Assembly (NCBI RefSeq): GCF_055900595.2
Contig: NZ_CM148325.1
Direction: 5' to 3' (one strand)
DNA length: 64,000 nt
Part shown: in pieces, positions 11,611 through 22,619 of the stretch
Layout: every line of letters starts with the position of its first letter
Position numbering within the stretch: the first letter of the stretch is position 1
Translations under genes and position numbers: made by a program
Notes under the pieces: model-generated
The model's database searches: none
Seen by the model: only the letters and a program-made list of their open reading frames with translations
What the model was told of the DNA's origin: nothing

Positions 11611-12837
11611 ATGGGAATTAACGAAATCATCATGTACATCATGATGTTCTTTATGCTGATAGCTGCCGTGGACAGGATCCTGTCGCAGTTCGGCGGTTCT
11701 GCTCGTTTCCTCGGTAAGTTCGGTAAAAGTATCGAAGGATCCGGCGGCCAGTTCGAAGAAGGCTTTATGGCAATGGGCGCACTGGGCCTGGCGATGGTCG
11801 GTATGACCGCACTGGCACCAGTTCTGGCCCACGTACTTGGGCCGGTGATTATCCCGGTTTACGAAATGCTCGGTGCTAACCCATCGATGTTCGCCGGAAC
11901 ACTGCTGGCGTGCGACATGGGCGGCTTCTTCCTCGCGAAAGAGCTGGCGGGCGGCGATGTGGCAGCGTGGCTATACTCTGGGTTAATTCTCGGATCGATG
12001 ATGGGGCCAACGATTGTGTTTTCCATTCCGGTGGCGCTCGGCATTATCGAACCTTCTGACCGTCGTTATCTGGCGCTCGGCGTGCTGGCGGGCATTGTGA
12101 CCATTCCAATTGGCTGTATCGCTGGAGGTCTGGTAGCTATGTATTCCGGTGTGCAGATCAACGGGCAGCCGGTGGAATTCACCTTTGCGCTTATCCTGAT
12201 GAATATGATCCCGGTACTTATCGTCGCGGTACTGGTGGCGCTGGGGCTGAAATTCATCCCGGAAAAAATGATCAACGGCTTCCAGATCTTCGCCAAGTTC
12301 CTCGTTGCATTGATCACCCTCGGTCTTGCTGCCGCGGTAGTGAAATTCCTCCTTGGCTGGGAACTGATCCCCGGTCTTGATCCGATCTTTATGGCCCCTG
12401 GCGATAAACCCGGTGAAGTGATGCGCGCCATTGAAGTTATCGGTTCTATCTCCTGCGTGCTGTTAGGGGCGTATCCGATGGTGCTGCTGCTGACCCGCTG
12501 GTTTGAAAAACCGCTGATGAGCGTCGGTAAAGTGCTGAATATGAACAACATCGCGGCAGCCGGCATGGTGGCAACGCTTGCCAACAACATCCCGATGTTT
12601 GGCATGATGAAGCAGATGGATACCCGCGGCAAAGTCATCAACTGTGCCTTCGCCGTTTCCGCTGCTTTCGCCCTGGGTGACCACTTAGGCTTCGCCGCTG
12701 CCAACATGAACGCCATGATCTTCCCGATGATTGTCGGCAAGTTGATCGGCGGCGTAACGGCGATTGGCGTGGCGATGATGCTGGTGCCAAAAGAAGACGC
12801 GACCGCGGCTAAAACCGAAGCGGAGGCACAATCGTGA
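11611..12837 (+). CDS. eutH: ethanolamine permease EutH
   Basis: 408-aa polytopic membrane ORF; operon position. Confidence 0.92.
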   Translation: MGINEIIMYIMMFFMLIAAVDRILSQFGGSARFLGKFGKSIEGSGGQFEEGFMAMGALGLAMVGMTALAPVLAHVLGPVIIPVYEMLGANPSMFAGTLLACDMGGFFLAKELAGGDVAAWLYSGLILGSMMGPTIVFSIPVALGIIEPSDRRYLALGVLAGIVTIPIGCIAGGLVAMYSGVQINGQPVEFTFALILMNMIPVLIVAVLVALGLKFIPEKMINGFQIFAKFLVALITLGLAAAVVKFLLGWELIPGLDPIFMAPGDKPGEVMRAIEVIGSISCVLLGAYPMVLLLTRWFEKPLMSVGKVLNMNNIAAAGMVATLANNIPMFGMMKQMDTRGKVINCAFAVSAAFALGDHLGFAAANMNAMIFPMIVGKLIGGVTAIGVAMMLVPKEDATAAKTEAEAQS

Positions 12838-14237
12838 ACACTCGCCAGCTACTGAGCGTCGGTATCGATATCGGCACTACCACCACCCAGGTGATCTTCT
12901 CCCACCTGGAGCTGGTTAACCGTGCGGCGGTGTCGCAGGTGCCGCGCTACGAATTCATCAAACGCGAAATTAGCTGGCAAAGCCCGGTGTTCTTTACCCC
13001 TGTCGATAAACTGGGCGGTTTAAAAGAAGCGGAACTGAAAACCTTAATCCTCGAGCAATATCAGGCTGCGGGCATTGCGCCGGAAAGCGTTGATTCTGGT
13101 GCCATCATCATCACCGGTGAAAGCGCGAAAACCCGCAATGCTCGCCCGGCGGTGATGACGCTCTCCCAGTCGCTTGGCGATTTTGTCGTCGCCAGCGCCG
13201 GGCCGCATCTCGAATCCGTGATCGCCGGTCACGGTGCCGGGGCGCAAACCCTTTCTGAACAACGGCTGTGTCGGGTACTGAATATCGATATTGGCGGTGG
13301 CACCGCGAACTACGCTTTGTTCGATGCCGGAAAAATCAGCGGCACCGCTTGCCTCAACGTCGGCGGTCGCCTGCTGGAAACCGACAGCCAGGGGCGCGTG
13401 GTTTACGCTCATAAACCGGGGCAGATGATAGTGGATGAGTGCTTCGGTGCAGGCACTGACGCCCGTTCGCTGACTGGCGCGCAGCTGGTGCAGGTTACCC
13501 GGCGGATGGCGGAACTGATTGTCGAAGTGATTGACGGAACGCTCTCGCCGCTCGCGCAGGCATTGATGCAAACCGGTTTGCTGCCCGCAGGTGTTACGCC
13601 AGAAATCATTACGCTTTCTGGCGGCGTGGGCGAATGTTATCGCCACCAGCCCGCTGACCCGTTCTGTTTTGCCGATATTGGCCCGCTTCTGGCAACGGCG
13701 CTGCATGACCATCCGCGCCTGCGTGAGATGAACGTGCAGTTTCCGGCGCAAACCGTACGCGCCACGGTGATTGGCGCGGGCGCACATACCCTTTCGCTCT
13801 CTGGCAGCACAATCTGGCTGGAGGGGGTACAACTGCCGCTGCGCAATTTGCCGGTGGCGATCCCAATTGATGAAACGGATCTGGTGAGTGCCTGGCAACA
13901 AGCGCTAATTCAGCTGGATCTTTGCCCCAAAACTGACGCGTACGTGCTGGCGCTTCCCGCCTCGCTGCCTGTGCGTTACGCCGCGGTACTGACGGTCATC
14001 AACGCGCTGGTCGATTTCGTCGCGCGTTTTCCGAATCCGCATCCCCTGCTGGTGGTGGCCGGGCAGGATTTTGGTAAAGCTCTGGGCATGTTGTTGCGCC
14101 CACAGCTACAACAACTCCCGTTGGCAGTCATTGACGAAGTGATTGTCCGCGCGGGGGACTATATCGACATTGGTACGCCTCTTTTTGGCGGATCGGTTGT
14201 GCCGGTGACGGTGAAATCACTCGCATTTCCTTCCTGA
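12834..14237 (+). CDS. eutA: ethanolamine ammonia-lyase reactivase EutA
   Basis: 467-aa ORF; 4-nt overlap with eutH. Confidence 0.92.
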   Translation: MNTRQLLSVGIDIGTTTTQVIFSHLELVNRAAVSQVPRYEFIKREISWQSPVFFTPVDKLGGLKEAELKTLILEQYQAAGIAPESVDSGAIIITGESAKTRNARPAVMTLSQSLGDFVVASAGPHLESVIAGHGAGAQTLSEQRLCRVLNIDIGGGTANYALFDAGKISGTACLNVGGRLLETDSQGRVVYAHKPGQMIVDECFGAGTDARSLTGAQLVQVTRRMAELIVEVIDGTLSPLAQALMQTGLLPAGVTPEIITLSGGVGECYRHQPADPFCFADIGPLLATALHDHPRLREMNVQFPAQTVRATVIGAGAHTLSLSGSTIWLEGVQLPLRNLPVAIPIDETDLVSAWQQALIQLDLCPKTDAYVLALPASLPVRYAAVLTVINALVDFVARFPNPHPLLVVAGQDFGKALGMLLRPQLQQLPLAVIDEVIVRAGDYIDIGTPLFGGSVVPVTVKSLAFPS

Positions 14238-14248
14238 GGGAACGACTT

Positions 14249-15610
14249 ATGAAACTAAAGACCACATTGTTCGGCAATGTATATCAGTTTAAGGATGTAA
14301 AAGAGGTGCTGGCTAAAGCCAACGAACTGCGTTCGGGGGATGTGCTGGCGGGCGTTGCAGCGGCAAGTTCACAGGAGCGCGTGGCGGCAAAGCAGGTGTT
14401 GTCGGAAATGACCGTAGCGGACATCCGCAATAATCCGGTGATTGCCTATGAAGATGACTGCGTGACGCGGCTGATTCAGGACGACGTTAACGAAACGGCC
14501 TACAACCAGATTAAAAACTGGAGCATCAGCGAACTGCGTGAGTATGTGCTGAGTGATGAAACCAGCGTGGACGACATTGCCTTTACCCGCAAAGGGCTGA
14601 CCTCGGAAGTGGTCGCGGCGGTAGCGAAGATTTGCTCCAACGCGGACCTGATCTACGGCGCGAAGAAAATGCCGATTATCAAAAAGGCCAATACTACCAT
14701 CGGTATTCCGGGCACCTTTAGCGCCCGTTTGCAGCCGAACGATACCCGTGACGACGTGCAGAGTATCGCCGCGCAAATCTACGAAGGGCTTTCCTTCGGG
14801 GTAGGCGATGCGGTGATCGGCGTTAACCCGGTGACTGACGACGTGGAAAACTTAAGCCGCGTGCTGGATACCATCTATGGCGTGATCGACAAATTCAACA
14901 TTCCGACCCAGGGCTGCGTGCTGGCGCACGTTACTACCCAGATTGAAGCGATCCGTCGCGGCGCGCCGGGCGGGCTGATTTTCCAGAGCATCTGCGGCAG
15001 CGAAAAAGGGCTGAAAGAATTTGGCGTGGAGCTGGCGATGCTCGATGAAGCACGCGCAGTGGGCGCAGAGTTTAACCGTATCGCCGGGGAAAACTGCCTC
15101 TACTTCGAAACCGGGCAAGGTTCTGCGCTATCGGCGGGCGCTAACTTCGGCGCAGATCAGGTAACGATGGAAGCGCGTAACTACGGGCTGGCACGTCATT
15201 ACGATCCGTTTATCGTCAACACCGTAGTGGGCTTTATTGGGCCAGAGTATCTCTACAACGACCGGCAGATTATCCGTGCGGGCTTAGAAGATCACTTTAT
15301 GGGCAAACTGAGCGGCATTTCTATGGGCTGTGACTGCTGCTACACCAACCACGCTGACGCTGACCAGAACCTCAACGAAAACCTGATGATCCTGCTCGCC
15401 ACCGCAGGCTGCAACTACATCATGGGGATGCCGCTGGGTGATGACATCATGCTCAACTACCAGACCACCGCATTCCACGATACCGCCACTGTGCGTCAGT
15501 TACTCAACCTGCGCCCGTCACCGGAGTTTGAACGCTGGCTGGAAAGCATGGGCATTATGGCAAACGGTCGCCTGACCAAACGGGCGGGCGATCCGTCACT
15601 GTTCTTCTGA
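14249..15610 (+). CDS. eutB: ethanolamine ammonia-lyase heavy chain EutB
   Basis: 453-aa ORF starting 11 nt after eutA stop. Confidence 0.93.
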   Translation: MKLKTTLFGNVYQFKDVKEVLAKANELRSGDVLAGVAAASSQERVAAKQVLSEMTVADIRNNPVIAYEDDCVTRLIQDDVNETAYNQIKNWSISELREYVLSDETSVDDIAFTRKGLTSEVVAAVAKICSNADLIYGAKKMPIIKKANTTIGIPGTFSARLQPNDTRDDVQSIAAQIYEGLSFGVGDAVIGVNPVTDDVENLSRVLDTIYGVIDKFNIPTQGCVLAHVTTQIEAIRRGAPGGLIFQSICGSEKGLKEFGVELAMLDEARAVGAEFNRIAGENCLYFETGQGSALSAGANFGADQVTMEARNYGLARHYDPFIVNTVVGFIGPEYLYNDRQIIRAGLEDHFMGKLSGISMGCDCCYTNHADADQNLNENLMILLATAGCNYIMGMPLGDDIMLNYQTTAFHDTATVRQLLNLRPSPEFERWLESMGIMANGRLTKRAGDPSLFF

Positions 15611-15630
15611 TGACGCGGAGATAACACATC

Positions 15631-16518
15631 ATGGATCAAAAACAGATTGAAGAAATTGTACGCAGCGTGATGGCGTCAATGGGACAAGCGGCCCCCGCGC
15701 CGTCAGAAGCAAAATGCGCCACTACCACCTGTGCAGCACCGATGACCTCGGAAAGCTGCGCGCTGGATTTAGGTTCCGCAGAAGCAAAAGCGTGGATTGG
15801 CGTTGAAAACCCACATCGCGCAGACGTATTAACTGAACTGCGCCGCAGCACCGTGGCTCGCGTCTGTACCGGTCGTGCCGGTCCGCGTCCGCGTACCCAG
15901 GCGTTGCTGCGTTTCCTGGCCGATCACTCTCGTTCGAAAGACACCGTACTGAAAGAAGTGCCGGAAGAGTGGGTGAAAGCGCAGGGCTTGCTGGAGGTCC
16001 GCTCTGAAATTAGCGACAAAAATCTCTATCTGACTCGCCCGGATATGGGCCGCCGCTTGTGTGCAGAGGCTGTTGAAGCGCTGAAAGCGCAGTGTGTTGC
16101 CAATCCGGACGTACAGGTCGTTATTTCTGATGGCCTGTCAACTGATGCGATCACCGTGAACTACGAAGAGATCCTGCCACCGCTGATGGCGGGCCTGAAA
16201 CAGGCCGGGTTGAAAGTCGGCACACCGTTCTTTGTGCGTTACGGTCGCGTGAAGATTGAAGATCAGATTGGCGAACTTCTTGGCGCGAAAGTGGTGATCC
16301 TGCTGGTGGGGGAACGCCCAGGATTAGGGCAGTCAGAAAGCCTCTCCTGCTACGCCGTTTACTCGCCGCGTATGGCAACCACCGTTGAGGCCGATCGCAC
16401 CTGTATCTCTAACATTCACCAGGGCGGCACGCCGCCGGTTGAAGCCGCAGCCGTCATTGTGGATTTGGCGAAACGTATGCTGGAGCAGAAAGCATCCGGC
16501 ATCAACATGACCCGATAA
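15631..16518 (+). CDS. eutC: ethanolamine ammonia-lyase light chain EutC
   Basis: 295-aa ORF; operon position. Confidence 0.93.
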   Translation: MDQKQIEEIVRSVMASMGQAAPAPSEAKCATTTCAAPMTSESCALDLGSAEAKAWIGVENPHRADVLTELRRSTVARVCTGRAGPRPRTQALLRFLADHSRSKDTVLKEVPEEWVKAQGLLEVRSEISDKNLYLTRPDMGRRLCAEAVEALKAQCVANPDVQVVISDGLSTDAITVNYEEILPPLMAGLKQAGLKVGTPFFVRYGRVKIEDQIGELLGAKVVILLVGERPGLGQSESLSCYAVYSPRMATTVEADRTCISNIHQGGTPPVEAAAVIVDLAKRMLEQKASGINMTR

Positions 16519-16527
16519 GGAGGCATC

Positions 16528-17187
16528 ATGCCAGCTTTAGATTTGATTCGACCGTCGGTAACCGCCATGCGGGTGATTGCCTCTGTCAACGCCGAATTTG
16601 CGCGTGAACTGAAATTGCCGCCGCATATTCGTAGCCTCGGGCTGATTTCTGCTGATTCCGATGACGTCACCTACATTGCGGCTGACGAAGCGACCAAGCA
16701 GGCGATGGTTGAAGTCGTGTATGGTCGCTCGCTGTATGCGGGAGCTGCACACGGGCCGTCACCGACTGCCGGTGAGGTGCTGATTATGCTTGGTGGGCCA
16801 AACCCGGCGGAAGTGCGTGCTGGTCTGGATGCGATGGTTGCGCATATTGAAAATGGCGCTGCTTTCCAGTGGGCTAATGATGCAGAAAACACAGCCTTCC
16901 TGGCGCATGTCGTTTCGCGTACCGGCTCTTATCTCTCATCAACCGCCGGGATCACGCTTGGCGATCCGCTGGCGTATCTGGTGGCACCGCCGCTGGAAGC
17001 GACCTACGGCATTGATGCAGCGTTGAAATCTGCCGACGTGCAGCTGGTGACCTATGTCCCGCCACCGTCTGAAACCAACTACTCGGCAGCATTTTTAACC
17101 GGTAGCCAGGCCGCGTGTAAAGCAGCCTGTAACGCCTTTACCGATGCAGTGCTGGAAATCGCGCGTAATCCAATCCAGCGTGCGTAA
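16528..17187 (+). CDS. eutL: microcompartment shell protein EutL (tandem BMC)
   Basis: 219-aa ORF; operon position. Confidence 0.92.
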   Translation: MPALDLIRPSVTAMRVIASVNAEFARELKLPPHIRSLGLISADSDDVTYIAADEATKQAMVEVVYGRSLYAGAAHGPSPTAGEVLIMLGGPNPAEVRAGLDAMVAHIENGAAFQWANDAENTAFLAHVVSRTGSYLSSTAGITLGDPLAYLVAPPLEATYGIDAALKSADVQLVTYVPPPSETNYSAAFLTGSQAACKAACNAFTDAVLEIARNPIQRA

Positions 17188-17193
17188 CGGAGG

Positions 17194-17700
17194 TTGCCGA
17201 TGATCAATGCACTGGGATTGCTGGAAGTGGACGGCATGGTCGCCGCGATAGATGCAGCTGATGCCATGCTCAAAGCAGCTAACGTTCGTCTGCTCAGTCA
17301 CGAAGTGCTTGACCCTGGTCGCCTAACGCTGGTGGTGGAAGGCGATCTGGCGGCGTGTCGTGCGGCGCTGGACGCAGGTTGTGCTGCCGCGATGCGTACC
17401 GGGCGTGTCATCAGCCGTAAGGAGATCGGTCGGCCAGACGATGACACCCAGTGGCTGGTTACTGGCTTTAACCGCCAGCCGAAGCAACCCGTAAAGGAAC
17501 CCGACGCGCCAGTTATCGTCGCGGAATCTGCTGACGAGTTGTTGGCGCTGTTAACATCAGTACGTCAGGGAATGACGGCAGGAGAAGTGGCTGCCCACTT
17601 TGGCTGGCCGCTGGAAAAAGCCAGAAATGCGCTCGAACAGCTCTTTTCTGCCGGGACGTTACGTAAACGCAGTAGTCGTTATCGTCTCAAGCCCCATTAA
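17194..17700 (+). CDS. eutK: microcompartment shell protein EutK
   Basis: 168-aa ORF with BMC domain plus C-terminal basic tail; true start may be the ATG 6 nt downstream. Confidence 0.9.
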   Translation: MPMINALGLLEVDGMVAAIDAADAMLKAANVRLLSHEVLDPGRLTLVVEGDLAACRAALDAGCAAAMRTGRVISRKEIGRPDDDTQWLVTGFNRQPKQPVKEPDAPVIVAESADELLALLTSVRQGMTAGEVAAHFGWPLEKARNALEQLFSAGTLRKRSSRYRLKPH

Positions 17701-17745
17701 CCTGTCGGAGGTGCCGGGTGTCCTACAACACCCGGCATTAACATC

Positions 17746-18798
17746 ATGAAAAAGACCCGTACAGCTAATTTGCACCATCTTTATCATGAACCCTTACCCG
17801 AAAACCTGAAGCTAACGCCGAAGGTCGAAGTGGATAATGTTCATCAACGGCAAACAACGGATGTCTATGAACATGCTTTGACGATTACCGCCTGGCAGCA
17901 GATTTACGATCAGCTGCATCCGGGCAAATTTCATGGTGAATTTACGGAAATTCTGCTCGATGATATTCAGGTTTTCCGTGAATACACGGGGCTGGCGCTG
18001 CGTCAGTCGTGCCTGGTCTGGCCGAATTCGTTCTGGTTTGGCATTCCGGCGACGCGCGGTGAGCAGGGATTTATCGGTTCGCAATGTCTGGGAAGCGCAG
18101 AAATAGCGACGCGCCCTGGTGGAACCGAGTTTGAATTAAGTACGCCGGACGATTACACGATCCTTGGCGTGGTGCTTTCTGAAGATGTCATCACCCGGCA
18201 GGCTAACTTTTTGCATAACCCGGAAAGGGTGCTGCATATGTTACGTAACCAGTCGGCGCTGGAAGTGAAAGAGCAGCATAAAGCCGCGCTGTGGGGCTTT
18301 GTCCAACAGGCTCTGGCGACATTTTGCGAGAACCCGGAAAATCTCCATCAGCCTGCAGTGCGAAAAGTGCTGGGGGATAATTTGCTAATGGCGATGGGGG
18401 CGATGCTGGAAGAAGCGCAGCCAATGGTGACGGTGGAAAGCATCAGTCATCAGAGTTACCGTCGGTTGCTTTCCCGCGCCCGTGAATATGTGCTGGAAAA
18501 CATGTCCGAACCGGTGACGGTGCTGGACTTGTGTAATCAACTGCACGTCAGTCGCCGCACCTTGCAAAACGCATTTCACGCTATTTTGGGCATTGGCCCG
18601 AATGCGTGGCTGAAACGCATTCGCCTGAACGCCGTGCGCCGTGAACTGATTAGCCCGTGGTCGCAAAGTATGACGGTAAAAGACGCCGCCATGCAGTGGG
18701 GATTCTGGCATCTTGGGCAGTTTGCCACGGATTATCAGCAATTGTTTGCAGAAAAGCCTTCACTGACGCTGCATCAGCGGATGCAGGAACTGGAGTGA
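17746..18798 (+). CDS. eutR: AraC-family transcriptional activator of eut operon
   Basis: 350-aa ORF with C-terminal AraC-type HTH; last gene of operon. Confidence 0.92.
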   Translation: MKKTRTANLHHLYHEPLPENLKLTPKVEVDNVHQRQTTDVYEHALTITAWQQIYDQLHPGKFHGEFTEILLDDIQVFREYTGLALRQSCLVWPNSFWFGIPATRGEQGFIGSQCLGSAEIATRPGGTEFELSTPDDYTILGVVLSEDVITRQANFLHNPERVLHMLRNQSALEVKEQHKAALWGFVQQALATFCENPENLHQPAVRKVLGDNLLMAMGAMLEEAQPMVTVESISHQSYRRLLSRAREYVLENMSEPVTVLDLCNQLHVSRRTLQNAFHAILGIGPNAWLKRIRLNAVRRELISPWSQSMTVKDAAMQWGFWHLGQFATDYQQLFAEKPSLTLHQRMQELE

Positions 18799-18874
18799 GG
18801 GTGAGGGCCGGATGAGGATGGTGTTTGATCCGGTCCATAGTGAAGTTACAAATTACGTTGAATTGCTATGTATT

Positions 18875-19192
18875 TTATTGCCCAACGGGATAGGCGATAA
18901 ACAAACCGACAATTGTCAAAATACACGCCAGCAGGAATACCAACATACAATTTACGCGCTTTCGCGAAATTTTAAATAAATAGCAAAATAGTGTTGTTAC
19001 CACGATCACTACCGGGATAGTCATAAAATTAATAACGATGAGTGCTATCAATCCAAAACTTGCTCCTCCACCGTGGGGAATAAAAATGTGTTCTTCAAAA
19101 TAAACTTCTATAGCAAATGCCAGCACACATCCCAGAAAACTCATATCCAGATGAGGGTGCCATTTACTTTCTTTATGTGATGTGTCTGACAT
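18875..19192 (-). CDS. hypothetical small membrane protein (about three predicted TM segments), not recognised
   Basis: 105-aa ORF; hydrophobic stretches LGCVLAFAIEVYF, FGLIALIVINFMTIPVVIVVTTLFCYLF, MLVFLLACILTIVGLFIAYPV; SD-like gggag about 9 nt upstream of ATG; 40 bp downstream of the 420-aa ORF on same strand; AT-rich. Confidence 0.6.
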   Translation of the reverse strand: MSDTSHKESKWHPHLDMSFLGCVLAFAIEVYFEEHIFIPHGGGASFGLIALIVINFMTIPVVIVVTTLFCYLFKISRKRVNCMLVFLLACILTIVGLFIAYPVGQ

Positions 19193-19232
19193 TCTTAAAT
19201 GCTCCCGTGAGCAAACTGGCGCAAAATAATTT

Positions 19233-20495
19233 CTAAGATTGCTGATAAGACGTCGCTGTTGTCCGGCACTCCGGGCAGATAAACGCGTAAATTATCCCTT
19301 CGCCGTATTGTTCAATATCGGCATAATCCAGTTGCGCAAGAAACATCATTGTGTGGGAACATTGCGGACAGAGAGGATATTCCGCGTCCTGAATCCAGGT
19401 TGGATGCCCGCCAAGTTGCGAGAAAGAGACAGGTAAAAATGGGTCTGCGGCAAATAACGGTGACCTAAGGTTTCCCTGTCTCATGCTGTTTACAGGGAGT
19501 CGACGCCATTCCGATACATCATCCGGCAGCCAGGCAGGCGGGATATTTTTTGCAGACAAATGAGCGTTACCCTTTGAGTCCATGTAGCCGAAAATGGTGC
19601 TGTAGGCGGTGCAACATTCGCAAGTCACGACGCGAAAACTGCCGTTATCGCTAAGACCCGTTGCCTTCAGGTCAACGTCGAAAAGATTTGTTAGTGGCAA
19701 TGCGCAATTTGGACAGGTATCGTTGCGTTCATCAACAACACGCAAAGCTTCGCAAGACCCGGTGCTTTTCATCTCCAGATGAAAACATTGAGGAAAATAG
19801 AGATTACGCCTTTGATCTTCAGCGGTTAACTCCCAACCGGCCTCATGCGCATATTCTTCAGGCTCGATGTAAAGGGAGCTGCGCCACGGCGGTGGGCTAT
19901 TGCGCCAGTGGGCAAAACGTTCAACGACAACGTCATCCCCAATCCATGCCAGACATTGCAGAATACAATTTCTGTTTTCTGCATCATCCTCAACCCGTTC
20001 TAACAGCCTGTCGCGTACATCTGTGGGGGCGCGGTGGAAAGGCATATAAGAATCATTGTCCAAATCATCGTAAGAGATCCATTCTCTGAAATAGGCATTC
20101 AGATTCGCCTGGGTAAATGCCGCCAGACAAAGGCAAATCTCCTGAGCGAGCTTATATTCACCAGATGCAAAGCGTTCTGTGGCGTAATCAGCCATCAGCT
20201 GCGCTTGATCGGTGGTCAGTTGTTGATACAGGGCATCTGTGGGAACGGGGCAGGGAGTCCAGTCGATTAACGCATCGAATTTCCGCGGTTGGTGAATTAA
20301 TTTCAGCATGACAACCGGATCGCTTAACCCTGCAAACGCATTCACGATCTTTTTGTTTTTCTTGATATATTCGTCGTGCTCACGTTGCTGTTGGGCCTGC
20401 TCGCAGGGCATGCAGTATCCGTTAGTACGCGCTGCGGTTTCCGGAAGAATGGTTGATATACAAGCGGGGCTTTTACAGGGAATACGGTGAGTCAT
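19233..20495 (-). CDS. hypothetical cysteine-rich protein, unrecognised; C-terminal region resembles DUF1963/YwqG-type domain
   Basis: 420-aa ORF with aggag SD 7 nt upstream of ATG; three CxxC-containing pairs (CKSPAC/CMPC, CPNC/CECC, CPQC/CPEC); no signal peptide or TM segment; not in K-12 gene order between eutR and hemF. Confidence 0.8.
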   Translation of the reverse strand: MTHRIPCKSPACISTILPETAARTNGYCMPCEQAQQQREHDEYIKKNKKIVNAFAGLSDPVVMLKLIHQPRKFDALIDWTPCPVPTDALYQQLTTDQAQLMADYATERFASGEYKLAQEICLCLAAFTQANLNAYFREWISYDDLDNDSYMPFHRAPTDVRDRLLERVEDDAENRNCILQCLAWIGDDVVVERFAHWRNSPPPWRSSLYIEPEEYAHEAGWELTAEDQRRNLYFPQCFHLEMKSTGSCEALRVVDERNDTCPNCALPLTNLFDVDLKATGLSDNGSFRVVTCECCTAYSTIFGYMDSKGNAHLSAKNIPPAWLPDDVSEWRRLPVNSMRQGNLRSPLFAADPFLPVSFSQLGGHPTWIQDAEYPLCPQCSHTMMFLAQLDYADIEQYGEGIIYAFICPECRTTATSYQQS

Positions 20496-20633
20496 AGAGG
20501 CGCTCCTTGCCTGAGGATATTAAGTCGAAAGAGATTATTATTAGATATTAGGGTGTCACTATGGCACACAAATTAAAACAGCATTAATTTTATGCCACCA
20601 ACCGAGGGTTATTTTTCTTTTATTTTCATGATA

Positions 20634-21536
<903 letters not shown>

Positions 21537-22406
21537 TTACCGCTTTCTCGAGTGTGCTTTCTGGTTGTCAAACCAGTGGAAATAACTGATCACGCCTTCG
21601 GCAATGGCTGTGGCGATTTTCTGGCGAAATGCCGCCGTGCCTAACAGCCGCTCTTCTTCCGGGTTGGTGATAAAAGAAGTTTCCACCAGCACCGAAGGAA
21701 CAGATGGCGATTTCAACACTACAAACGCGGCTTGTTCGGTATTGCGGCTGTGCAGCTTATGCACCGGCTTAATCTTCTTCAGAATATGTGAGCCGAGCGT
21801 CAGGCTGTTTTTAATAGTATCGGTTTGTACCAGATCAAACAGCACTTGTTGCAATAGGTGATCCTTGTCAGTCGCTTTTTTACCGGCAACTTCATCAGCG
21901 CGGTTTTCGCGTTCAGACAGGTATTTCGCCATTGCGCTACTTGCCCCACGGTTAGAGAGAGCAAATACCGAAGCACCGGCAGCTTTCGGGTTGGTAAAGC
22001 CATCGGCATGAATTGACATAAACAGATCTGCGCCATGTTTATGGGCGATTTCAACGCGATCGTAAAGTGGGATAAACGTATCGCCAGAACGCGTTAAACG
22101 CGCATCAATGCCATGATTACGCAAAATGGAACGGACGTTTTTGGCAATTGCCAGCACCACATGTTTTTCTTTCGAACCGTTGCGACCAATCGCCCCGGTA
22201 TCAATCCCGCCGTGGCCTGGATCGAGAACAACGACACGTTTGCCGCCGTTTTTTTTTGCTTTCGGCTTGCTGTGTCCGTTGCTGGTTTTTAAAGGTTCTT
22301 CTTTGGCGATGGCTTGCGACATTCCTGACAACGTCAGGGCAGCCAATCCGGCTTTCAGCACCTGGCGGCGCGAAGTGAGTGTTTTTAGTGGTTTAAAAGT
22401 GCTCAT
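21537..22406 (-). CDS. amiA: N-acetylmuramoyl-L-alanine amidase A (Tat-exported)
   Basis: 289-aa ORF with twin-arginine signal SRRQVLKAG and amidase_3 domain; 3 bp upstream of hemF. Confidence 0.93.
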   Translation of the reverse strand: MSTFKPLKTLTSRRQVLKAGLAALTLSGMSQAIAKEEPLKTSNGHSKPKAKKNGGKRVVVLDPGHGGIDTGAIGRNGSKEKHVVLAIAKNVRSILRNHGIDARLTRSGDTFIPLYDRVEIAHKHGADLFMSIHADGFTNPKAAGASVFALSNRGASSAMAKYLSERENRADEVAGKKATDKDHLLQQVLFDLVQTDTIKNSLTLGSHILKKIKPVHKLHSRNTEQAAFVVLKSPSVPSVLVETSFITNPEEERLLGTAAFRQKIATAIAEGVISYFHWFDNQKAHSRKR

Positions 22407-22619
22407 ACGGCCTGAGTTGTAATAATAAAGTTCCAGATGTTATATCGTATCGCGTAATCCGTTACGACCGTTTGCTGTTGAGAATTGTTTTACTTTTCAT
22501 TTCAATAGTTGACAACTCCCCATTATGCCACTTTTTCAACCGATTTTCGTCAGATATTGGCTAATTCGACCGTTCACGCCATAATCAGCCTTTTAACCCG
22601 CAAAAAGGTAACGAATACC

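Noticed and set aside
18799-20633. Possibility that the eutR-hemF insert is a mobile element or prophage remnant
   Set aside because: No integrase or transposase ORF, no terminal inverted repeats, no flanking direct repeats and no tRNA at the boundaries; kept as an accessory module of unknown origin rather than called a mobile element
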